A stretch of 64,000 nt of DNA from Octopus sinensis (taxonomy: Eukaryota): NCBI RefSeq assembly GCF_006345805.1, contig NC_042999.1, forward strand, positions 171,244,001 to 171,308,000, read 5' to 3'. The translations under genes were made by a program, and so were the position numbers. Every line of letters begins with the position of its first letter. Position 1 is the stretch's first letter. Below, one piece after another: positions 51,796 to 64,000 of this stretch. The notes below the pieces were generated by a model that worked only from the letters and a program-made list of their open reading frames with translations, made no database searches and was not told where the DNA came from.

Positions 51796-51851
<56 letters not shown>

Positions 51852-52700
51852 CGTGTATATGTGTGTGTATGTGTGCGTGTGTGTAAATAACGCACATCCA
51901 CAGCACACAACAGATACACACACAGATATACACACAAACACACGCACAAATACAACACATACCACCACACACACCTGCATACATACACAATACGTACATA
52001 CACGAACACAATAAGTTCATTCCATAGTTAAAACGCACACACAACGAAAAAACAAACATATACACACGCTATAAAATTCTAACAATCACAACAAACACAG
52101 ACAAACACAGATACACACACACCACACAATAACTCACACACCTTTGATACATACAAGATACACTACCACAAACACACCCACACATACACACTGCACAAAC
52201 AGTAAACATAAAGTATTCACAAAAATACACCCAAACATACGCACACCATACAAAAACATAACATACACATATACATGCATGCAGACGTACACACAAACAA
52301 ATTGCCACAAAACATTAAGCACACACGCACATGCATGCACATCCGAAAAATCACATAAACCACGCCCACGCACAGTACGTACATGCACGCGCACACGCAC
52401 ACATATACCACCGTGATAAACGTAACACACACAGACATACACACAGTCCTTGATATATATACAACACACCCATACACACACATGCACACTCATACAGATA
52501 TATACATATGCAGGCACACACACACACACACACCACACCACCACCACCACCACCACCACCCGGGCAATTATAACATTACAAACATACACACACATACACG
52601 CCGGACCAACACAACACATAAAAACATACACAAGCATATATACACGTACATAGAACCGTACGCATACACTCACACCCTCATACCATCTTGAACTAGTCGA
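51745..52700. repeat. (TA)n then ~900 bp of degenerate (CA)-rich low-complexity sequence
   Basis: Direct reading; source of many overlapping H/T- and C/V-rich spurious ORFs. Confidence 0.9.
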
Positions 52701-53322
52701 AAAACCACCGAACGATGACAGACAAGCCCAGAAACGAAAAAGTCCTTTTGATTCCACAAACTATTCGAAGACAGTTCATGTGACTGCTCTCAACCAACCT
52801 CACATACTATTTCTAAAAATAGTAACCATCCTTGGAAAACACATATACAAGCCTGGAGAGGAAGAAAAAAGGTTGGTCATTCCTCGTTCAGTTAGTTTGA
52901 CAAAGCGTCCTAACTAGTTTACGCACCACTTCAGTTCGCCATAGCTTGTAGTTTTCCTTTTCTCAAAACAAACCCTGTTACAATTATTTCCAGAACATTA
53001 TTTCTTCATTTATTGCCTTATTTGCCAGGAGATATTTAGTAGTTATTTATTAAGACTAATGCACGAGCATGTACACTTCCTTTAGTTTACCATTAGGGGC
53101 AATATTGTATTATTCACATGTTTATAATTCAAATGTTAAGGGAGCTGTTGTTAAAAAAAAGAAACTTTTCTTTAATGCTTAACTCTGATAAAATAAATAT
53201 CAATGTTATCGCGTAATACATTTGAGGACTGCTCCTGGGTTAGAATTTGTAACCCAGGTTGATTTTCACGTTGTTATATTATATTCACTCACTCGCATGA
53301 ATACCCAAAAATTGCTTTAAAT

Positions 53323-53530
53323 AATGGTTTCAAATTTTTCTACAAGACCGACAATTTCAGGAAAGGGTCGTAATTCATTACATTAAGCCTAGTATTCAAC
53401 TGGTACACATTTTATCGATGAAATGCATAGACAACCTTGGCGGGATTTGAACCCAGAACATAAAGGCAAACGAAATGACGCTAACCATTTTAGCAGGTGT
53501 GCTAACAATTCTGCTAACTCGCTGCCTTAA
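53323..53530 (-). mobile_element. SINE family A, tail type 2, old copy
   Basis: Minus strand: AAGGCAGCGAGTTAGCAGAATTGTTAGC...GGGTTCAAATCCCGCCAAGG...AAAATTTGAAACCATT. Confidence 0.78.
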
Positions 53531-53620
53531 AACTACATTATGTAAAATACAATTCTATGAAATATGCATGGTTGTACATGTGTGTGTGTGCGTGTGCATG
53601 TATGTATGTATATATATGTG

Positions 53621-53676
<56 letters not shown>

Positions 53677-53889
53677 AGGTTGAAATGGAACACACAAGTT
53701 GATATATATGGAATAAATGTCAAGTATAAAATGCTAAAATAATTTTATAAAGAACATTTCATTACTGGTTTCAGTCATTTAGAATTTTTCAACTGTAAGT
53801 ATGGAAAACAATTAAATTTTGGAAAAATTAAAAGAAAATACGCAGTATTCAAATACAACGGACATTTTACTTGTTTCCGTCTGTCTCTG

Positions 53890-54365
53890 TCTCTCTTGTT
53901 TACTCTTGGCTCTTTTTCAGCAGGGGAAATGTTTTGAAGGATGGTGTCGAAGGCTTAATTGTTGAGAGGTTTGGTAGGGCTTTTGGTTGTAAATCCTTCT
54001 TTAATTTCGGATGTCTGAGTTCGTGGATGTTGTAGGCCACGTTGAAAGCATATTAGTGAAGGTGGGTAGTTCCTGGTGATGAATGTATCCTTTAGTTCAT
54101 GTAGTCGAGTCTCTGGTGTTTGCATTAGAAACTATAGTACATATACTTTTTGCTAGGCTGAAGGTGATATTCATTCTGGTGTGTCTGGGGTGGCATGAGT
54201 TGAACGGTAGTAATTGCTTCGAGTCCGTGGGCTTATAATTTATATCTGTTTCTATTACGTTGTTAGATTTTTTAATGAGGATGACGAGGAAGGAAAATTG
54301 TTGATGGCAATATTCCATCGTGAACTGAATGTTTACGTCACATCCATTTATATGTGCGTGGAATT
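53890..54365 (-). mobile_element. Fragment of a second PLE lineage (RT thumb region)
   Basis: IQFTMEY..QQFSFLVILI..IETDINYKPTDSKQLLPFNSCHPRH..NITFSLA..I..IVSN matches the PLE FT.E...LPFLD...TD.Y.KPTD...YL.F.S.HP pattern, unlike the SNHPP-type element at 23 kb. Confidence 0.8.
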
Positions 54366-55022
54366 CTAGACACACACACATATATGTGTGTGTGTGCGTG
54401 TGTGTATGTGTGCGTGTGTGTGTGTATGTGTGCGAGTGTGTGTGCGTATACACAAACACACACACACACATATATACATACATGTAGACAGAGACATATT
54501 TAAATTTGTATGCGGCTGTGAGAATAGATATGTATGTGTGCTTGTATTAATGTCTGTATATGTGTATATACATCCATATATAAGATATTAAGTATAATAG
54601 ATAAGTTTGTCTGGATATTCGTATTGCAATAATTATTCACAAGCATGTGTAGACGTACTTTCAGGCTCAGCTATGTGCACATAATAATGTAGATTTCCAG
54701 TTTTATATATATGCTACTTCTAAAACTATTTCGATTTGGATACTTTTTTTTTATTATTTCAAAGAAAATAATGAGGAATAGATCTAAAGAAAATATGGAG
54801 AAATTAGAAGTACACACGCACTTAAAACATAAAAACCGGATGAAAGTATATTGAAAATGGTAATATTAAATTACAATTAATTTGCAAACTGAAACATAAA
54901 GGAACTGAACAATTCACAGACACGCGCACGCACACACACAAACACACACACATGCACACACACACACACACACGTGTGTTTGTGTGTATATGTGTGCGCT
55001 AGTGTATGTGCCTATGCGAGTG

Positions 55023-55056
<34 letters not shown>

Positions 55057-58000
55057 TACACGCACACACATATATATATAGTTTACATATATATATTTAT
55101 ATATTTTATATACATAGTTATACATAAATAGGCATGTATTTTAGTGGTGCAAGATGCAATTGCAATAGTTCACTAGTTTTCCGGTCAAATGTCAGCATTA
55201 GCTTTCTTAGTAATAGTACGAATTTGGAGGAGCTTTGCTTGATATACATAAAAACACATACACCGTATTGATTGTTTTTTTGTTTTTTTGTATAGTTGCA
55301 TATAACATATCACTGAAATGATACTCGAATGAGCAATAACTAATTTAATTTGAATATCAAATATACGTTATTTTTAGTAGAGAGACGCTCCTGTGACTTT
55401 GAAGATTTAGCTTAGTTTTCATCGTTAGACTTTAAAGTACTTTAGGTTAATTAATAGTTATATATAGTTTATGGTCATCTTCTTGGAGAAGGTCCCTTTG
55501 TTGCAAATTTGCCATGATATAATTAACTTGGTAACATACACAGAAATACATTTTTAGTTGCTTTAAACAAGGAAGAAGAAATAATGAGAATTTCCGAAGA
55601 AAGATGTGGTAGACTAATAGGAAGGAGTAGGAAGAAAAAAAAAGGAAGAAGAAACCAATTAAATGAAATATATGTTGAAAAAGGTATATATGAAAAGTTT
55701 ATATAAAAGGTAATCAATATTCAGTAATTAAAGGAAATATATTTTAAGGGCAGAGCGATAAATACAGGTCAAATATTGTGATTCGAACTGATATTTTGTG
55801 TCCGTGCATATCTTCAGATATTTAGCTTATTACTTTTCTGGCCTCTGGAAACTCATTATTTCTCGCTACCCATTTAAACTAATCCTGAGCAGAATTTTAT
55901 AGGCCTCAAAAAACACCTTTGTTGCAGCTAAAATTTGACATTACGAAAATAGACTTTTACATATATATATATTCATACATGTGTGTGTGTGTGTAAAGGT
56001 ATATGTATATATATAGAGGGCGACGAAAAACCAAATATTTTAAGGTGAAATTACTGATGTACAATCATTATTTTTCTATATAAAATGATAAGTGCCTATG
56101 TGTGTATATATATGTGTGTGTGTATGTGTGTGTTGTGGGGAGTGTGTGTATCCGTATGCTTGCGCCTGTGCATCAATATATCCGTGTGCTAATATAGAGA
56201 TGTATATTATATGATATTGTTTTATGTAATTATGAAATTTCACTGTAGATTCGAAATTTACAAGTTTTTAAAGTGTATAGATTTAAACAACTTACGAATT
56301 GCCATTATTCACATTTAACGTATTTTGTAATAAATGCTAAAATCTACAGATGTAATAACCCAGCAAAGGTTGTTAGTTTCCCTTATGATTTTGAAGTACT
56401 GACCCGGCCGAGCAGCATAATGTCATTATGGTATTATCTTCCTAGAGCGAAGGGTGGGATACGTTCGATTAATACTGTCTAATTTTTATACATTATATTA
56501 TTGAATGCAGATAATAAGCTAACTGTATCTATAAGCCATTTTGATACAAATCCGTCCCTAAAAACGGAAAGTATTCAGCTTTACAGAAATGCAAGTAATC
56601 TATAACTGATTCCCCTACGAAATTTTATTAGTGCTATTTCGGCGATATCAAGACATGCTGAAGACAGTATTTATAAAAGTAGTAACATGCCCCAAACGAA
56701 CAGATATAACTCTGTCTTACTAACATATCACGAAAGTGTTCGAGTGAGCCACATGCGATATACTAATCAAAGGCATTCCACAAGAAGAAAACATCTGGCA
56801 CAGGATTTACAAATATAAAACTAAATTATTAGTTATCTGGATAAAAAGTTGACTGTATGTAATTTAATGCCGGTACTATATAAAGTGTAATCTTGTTTCT
56901 AATGCTGTGATAAGGTTGACATCACAGTGAAGTAAGACATTTTTTATCTTTGCTTTCTTGAACGACCGATGCCAGACGTTAACAGTCATAGAAAGCTGTC
57001 TGACATATCCCTGTTGATAATTCGCGTGATACAATTCATCTTTATCCTCCTTCGCTCTTCATAATCCTCTTAACAATGCAGATAATATAAAAATTAAACA
57101 TAAGAATCAACTATGCAGACGACTCCTATATGATGCGAGGCATTAAGATTCGCGACTCTATTAATGTTCATCGCAGCAAAATTTCATGTCCACCTGATGA
57201 AGAGAAGGTCCCCGGCGAAATATTCTAAGTCATCTTAAAGATAACAACAATAGAACACTGCGAATCAAGTTGACTTGGTTATAGCTTTGTTTGCAGTTGC
57301 ATAATTTTCTAAACTCAAGCTGACAACGGCATATAAAAGTTTTAGTAGCTGTAGGGAGATATTTACTATGACATGAACGGCATATAAATTCTCTCTGGGC
57401 AATGGGAATTACTTCCAAGACAGTATTCTTTGATTTATCCAATATATTACAATCCAACGGGAAGAGTAAAAACATTCACCAAATACCTAACTTACTGAAA
57501 ACTTTCTATAATTTATATGTAGAATATTTGGAAAGGCAGATATATCAATATGTACACAATATCAAAATGTTGATAACATAATATATGTGTTCCTGTTATA
57601 TACTGACACTTCCTTCACCAAAACTTCGAATCGAGACAAGTGACCGCCCGCAACAATTTCTCATTTAAATCTCATCAGATAGTAAGATTTTTGTAGCATA
57701 ATTACAAATGGTGACTCATGATTTGTCCAGAGTATTACAATTTTGATCCTATTATCTCTCACTACAACAGCAGCATTCACTAAATGACTGCAAACAACCA
57801 CGTTGGCTTCCATCAATTTGTTCAGCTATCAAATAGTTATCTCCACAAAATCTGGAATAATGCATCTACGCAGAGACTATATAAAAGACAAAAGTCTTAA
57901 ACCCTTAAGGTGGTGATTCAGCACGGCTTTCACAGTGATGGGTAAGAGAAACTAAATGCAAAATACAAACTAGACTTACGAAGAAATAGAAAGAGGTGAA

Positions 58001-58163
58001 TGTATATTGCGGAGTAAAATATTTCTGCATATGTCTATATGGAATTATGCGTGTCACAACTTCAGTTTCATTGCGATATTGTGTTGCCTGAAATATCACC
58101 GTTTTATAAAAATCCATTCTTGAAATGGAATTTTGTATAAATAAATAAACTATATACATACAT

Positions 58164-58201
<38 letters not shown>

Positions 58202-58286
58202 GCACGTATATACACATACGCTATATGCACGGATATGTATATGCATATGCGTATATACATATATATATGTATATATATATATATAT

Positions 58287-58325
<39 letters not shown>

Positions 58326-58363
58326 ATATATATGCTATATGCACGGATATGTATATGCATATG

Positions 58364-58403
<40 letters not shown>

Positions 58404-59955
58404 TATATATGCAACTAAACATACATACATGCGCTCATGCATACATACATACATACATACAAATATAGCTGCTTGTTTTATGTGTCTGCGTATGTATACA
58501 GAAGAGAGGGAGAGGGAAAGGGAGAGAGATACAGTGGGAGAGGATAGGCAAAAAAATAACGTCCGTGGGAGAAATGTTAAGATGATGTACTTAGACAATA
58601 TTCATCTGAAACATTCTTGAAGATAGTCACAAAGGGAAAAGAAAAAGAGAAAAAAGAAAGAATACAGATTCGTGAGAAAAGGTGGAAATGCGAGATAACC
58701 ATTCAACACAAGAATAAAATGGAAAGGATGAGCGACAGGATACAAAATGAAATACACAAGAAGAAAAGAAGATTAAGTATTTTAAGGAGAAATATTCGAG
58801 ACATTTATTTGATAAAGAAGTATGTAGTCGAGTGAGCGAGCGTGAGGGTACCGTCAACTGTAGAGATCAAACTGTGTTGTTGAAGAATGACAACAAAGAT
58901 AATGTATGTGAAAGAGAGAAAGAGAGAGAACCAGAGATATCAAGATATAAAGGAATACTTCTAGAAGGAGGGGAAATAATGAGAGAAGGAGAGAGAGAGC
59001 GCGCGGCAGAGAGTAAAACAACAGATAAACACGAGATAAATAAGAGATAAATAAAATAAGTTATATATTTAGTGATACAATGTTATAGTGATAGAAGGAG
59101 TATGAGAGCTGGATATCGCATAACTGTGAGAAAGAAAGCTGATATCGCATGAATGAAAGATATGCTGGTGTAATATACTTGAGCATAAAAACAAACATTA
59201 AGATGGTTGGTTGCAATGAAAAAATATCTTGACAGTTTGATGAATGATATAAAACTTTGTGTAAGAGGTATTTGCATATTTCTATGCATTGCAGAATATC
59301 TTTTGAAAATAATCTTCATAATGATTAGACAATAAAATAAAATAAAACGTGGTATAAAAAATTGCAGGACCCGTATGAAATCGATAATTGCACCAAAATT
59401 AATGGCAGCATTGACAGATCGAATAACTACTTATAATTTATCTGATTTGGTTTCCTGATTTGGTTTGTCTTTGTGAGTATAGTGTTAGTAGTATTGATAA
59501 TATTCTTTGCATTATTTTTCTCTTGATGTTTATAGTAGTTTTTTAATTGTTTGTGTTAATATTAATATTGCTATGGTTGCCTGGTTGAAGCTAGTGGTGA
59601 TATAGTGTTAGATATATAGATGTCATATATGAAGAAGTTTTAAAAACTGTTGATTTTTTATTCTCCTCATTGCTACCTTGTTATTTCTTATTTTTATCCA
59701 TTGATCAACTTTGTTGTGCAAACAATGCTATCCCTTCATTATTTCAGACATTCCTTATCTAAGACTACATTTACACATTAACAAATGTTTGCTATATTTT
59801 TTTAATGTTTTATAAATTTATTCTATTTGGATTTCTCTAATTTTCAAGCAGGGCCCAATGACTCAGCGAAAGAGTGTTGTGTTAATGCCCCCAAAATCAA
59901 ATCACGCATGGCTGGGTTATTTTTTGTCATCTAAAAAACACACACACACAAATAT

Positions 59956-60050
<95 letters not shown>

Positions 60051-61704
60051 ATATGTATGTATGTATATATGTATGTATTTGATGGTCATTTACTCTCCTG
60101 AGTTTTTCCATCTTCCTTCATATTGTATTCCTATAAGAAATTGAACTCAGCAAACCAACTTTTATTGCATTTATTACACATGAGTTCATCACTGCCGAAG
60201 CTGACTTATGACAAAGACATTATGTTCATGATTACTCCATTCTTCTATTGAGCATTTCATATCTCGCATTGAATTTTCTTTTGAAAGATCGTCAAGTGTA
60301 TTTACTGCGAGATGCGTCTGTACTTCTTACTAGATACATCCATCGCCCAATTTCTCTCTCCTAAACACATACATGGTATGTCTTTATTTGTGTCTTTTGC
60401 TTGCTACCCACAACGATCAACTCATCATTGTGCAAGCCGCTTGGCGTTCTGTTTTGATTATAGGTCTGCTCAACCAGAAATGATCTGAGGCTAAACAACA
60501 ACGGGAGCAATAAAATCTGAAACACTGCGGATTAGGTTTATTTTATTCTAATTCTAAAAACATATATTCGCTATTTATTGGGGTGACACTTATTCAGGTG
60601 ACTCTGGATTCTACTAGTCATAATAATTTCCTACCTAATCGCAGTCTCAGTAATAATTTCACTCTTTGGAATCGAGTTTGAGACATTTTGTTGCGACATC
60701 GGCTAATACTTTCTAGCTACTATTATAAAATGAAATTGCTTTTGCCAAAGCAATGTAATGTTTTAAACAGGCAATTTGCTCTGGAGCGTTATATATCTGC
60801 ATTATTTTTAAAGCAGTTTGTAATTTTGGTGTGTTTGATTGCAAGTTTTAGCTGTTCAATTTACCGCATTTAGATTCACTTTTTGTCTAGTGTTGCTGTT
60901 AAAGGTTTATGGTTTTCTGTTTATGAAGTGTCATTATTGCCGAAAGTGTTACCGCATGTTATATTATCGTTGGTGATCTGATATCATAATGAATAACGAT
61001 TTTGTTGGTGAATATATTGCTATATTTTTTACGCATATTTCAAGATCCTGTCATCATAAAATTTTATTCTATATAAGTTTGGAATGAATCATATGATTAC
61101 TTTATGTAAAAATCTGCATCTAGTTTAGAATGCAGATGTGGCTATTATAAATAGACGACTTGACTCATATCTTTAAAGTTAAGCTATTATGGGTTATATA
61201 ATTTCAACATTCTAATTACTGTTTTGTTAGAATTATTTAACCTATGGTGAAATATGATTCAGCAGAATATTATAAAAAAAAGGACTCTTTCGTAAAAATG
61301 CAATATTTCATTTATGTATTTACTAGGATTCCACTTCAGATCTTTATGAAAAAAATATTGGATATGCGTTCTGAAAGATCTATTTGAACGATGTTTCCGG
61401 CATGTTGATCAAACGTGTGTATGCGTATCGTAATCTATATGTAAAAGATACTGCTGGGATAAGCTATCTTTGGGGGTGGGGGTGGGGGAAATTGGAAGTT
61501 CTTTAAGTAATCACTTCCAGCTACACACAACCTTTGTGTTATAAACCTGAGATACATGTGGAGAACGCCGCATTTAGTTTTTATAAAATGCATAATAGAT
61601 TCTTTTATAACATACTTGCTACGGTTTAGTATTTCAATAGGATTTAAAGAAAAATCTAATGAAGTGAACGTGGCTGCATTTGGTAAATTCATAAAAAATA
61701 TTCT

Positions 61705-61736
<32 letters not shown>

Positions 61737-64000
61737 AGTGTGTATGAACGCTTGTGTGTATATATGTATGTATATTATATTGTATAAACACACCCAAAAT
61801 TGTGCAGCTGGGAGAAATTCACTTGATCTGTTCTGGGAACTATATGAGCATGTAAGATTCTTTTAGTTATTTTTTGCTATTCACTTTTCTCTTCAATCAT
61901 TCACTGTAGCTATATATCTTCACAATGTTTCTCCTATTATTCTTATATGATGTTTTTCCTAACTTCACCAACGCAAAGTATTCTAGTATTTCCTCGCGCC
62001 TCTATATCTTGTTTGCACCTTGAGCAAATTATGCTAAAACATCCTTCAGTCAACCTTTATCCACATCATAGAATTTTCATCTATTACCAAATCTGATTGT
62101 ATTGCCTTGAATACTTATATCCATTTATCCTTGCCAAAACTGAGATCGGCGTTATTTGAAAGCTAGAAATTAATTAAAATTTAATAACAAATAATAGATT
62201 TCCTTAATTTGATCTATAATGTCGAACTATTTTACTCTATACATTTTACATGAGGTACGAAAACAATACTCTATATCATGAAGTTGTACGCCAGAATAAA
62301 AAGTTGCATTACAACTGATGTTTTAAATTATGGTTAAAACATCAAGATATGTACAAAGCTTTCCTATAGCAAAACATATTACTTGTCCTTGTTTCATTTG
62401 GTTTCTTAGGCAAACTATTTTAGTAAAGCCTCCAATCCACTAATATACAGAAACTGTGCTGTACCTTGGCTCGTCGGATATTCTGTACATTGTTTCGTTG
62501 TTGGACTTAATTTCAACCTAATTTAAAGCAACTAACTTGTCCTTGTTTAGTTTTACAGGAGTTCGTTGTGCTGGTGGTTTTCGGTCGTGTGTCTGACAAT
62601 AATTCACTAGTCTTATGATCTGTCTGCATCGAAGAAACTCTTGATTTGTGATTGCTTCCATACCTTTCTCCAAGCTACTTCCAAAATCTTAAGAATGCTC
62701 ACATTGTACTTCAAACAAAACGATAATTTTGTGTTAAAATCGTCTTCATTATATGTTTTGATTAGAAAATTTGACAGTAAAATTAGTAAAGGTCTTTCGC
62801 ATAGATACCAGAAACTGAAACCTATTGTCTATTCCTCGGCATATGTATTAGAAAGTGAAAACTACTATCCAGTCCTTGGGTTCTCGGCTCCTTCATAATA
62901 CCTTCACGAAGACAACGAAAAGTGCTATTGCAAATGATTTCACTCATTGGACTAAACAATATAAAAATAAAAATAAAAAAATAAAATGATAAGTAATGAT
63001 AATAATTTCGTCAATTATTGCAATGTTCTGGCATTTATACGTAATGCGCAATTAGATATTTTGATACTCAGTATTTATGAATCAATTAATGAATTAAATT
63101 AGTAAAATATTTCAGTCAATGTCGGAAGCGGTTTCCGTTTTCACAACGCTGAAAATTCTAATCCACTTAATCATTTTAAGGGGATGCTTTCTTTATTTTA
63201 ATCTACGTAATTAGCATAAGGCAAACTTGGATAATATTTATGATTTCTCCAAATTAGAGGCAAATATATTCAACCGGTAATTAAGTCTTGTTTGCCCCTT
63301 GTTTTACCAGGAATTTCCATATTCTTTACGGTGGTTCTCGATTATAATGCCCCCTCAAATAATCACGGGACACAAACATAAACATGCAGGTCCAGTCGAC
63401 TTAATTTATACATGTGTACTTGGTATAAATATTTGAATTTAAAAAGCAGGGAAATAAAAATATCAGAAAGCAGGGGAATAGCAAAAATATATATTTATTA
63501 TAAAACGTGGAAGTTGATTTCTGTGATGTCGCCATTTAAAAACATGGTATTAGGCCAAAATAGGAAGTCTTGTCCTCGGAAAATAACGATTATTAACGTT
63601 ACCAGCTGCGATACATTCAAAATTTAATTTCGTCATTGATAACAATAGTACTTCACACAAGAAAACTAAACAATTGTGCGGAGTGACACGATAACTGATA
63701 AGAGTCGATGACAAAGCAAATTCTGGCGAGGTTTATAAAGGCACACGTTTTCATGGTTGTCAGAATATATCTTGCAATTGTATCCGCCATGTATGACTGC
63801 GAGCAGTCTTTTTCTAATAACAATGCACCTGCGCAGATACATTCTAGAAATGAAAGACTATCGTTTTATTGGAAAACAAAATGTGACCTTTAGCTTCATT
63901 TCATTTCATATATGCAATGAAGGTTGTTGATTTAGCAAAAACCTTTTAATGCTTTTTCTTATTTATTTATTTGATTCAATACTGCCTGTTCCAAAAAGAA

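Noticed and set aside
52134-52757. 207-aa ORF and overlapping C/V- and H/T-rich ORFs
   Set aside because: Translation of degenerate (CA)/(TG) repeats; the same applies to the [12 protein letters not shown], polyL and polyI ORFs throughout the window.

Overview
AT-rich animal genomic DNA with no host exon I can support. The two tRNA-headed SINE families and the dense (TA)/(CA)/(GA)/(ATAC) microsatellites suggest an octopus or other coleoid cephalopod; this is inference from family recognition, not a database match. The window is a retroelement landscape. It holds a near full-length CR1-clade LINE (~16.9-21.7 kb) with an unusual ORF1 (Myb/SANT-like domain + polyQ + two CCCH fingers) and, directly after it, a complete Penelope-like element (PLE; RT + GIY-YIG, 21.86-27.13 kb) with inverted and direct pseudo-LTRs. 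There are also three relics of RLE-type (R4/Dong-like) LINEs, further CR1 and PLE fragments, a mariner relic, a probable non-autonomous Helitron and about 13 SINE copies. The main hidden signal is RNA-level: six hammerhead ribozyme motifs with intact CUGANGA/GAAA/UH cores from three sequence families (three in the PLE pLTRs, two in a solo inverted pLTR pair at 51.1-51.7 kb, one solo at 49.66 kb), plus one non-canonical G3 candidate at 50.3 kb. All have a self-complementary helix III, and the stems covary between families. Most short ORFs in the supplied track are microsatellite artefacts.
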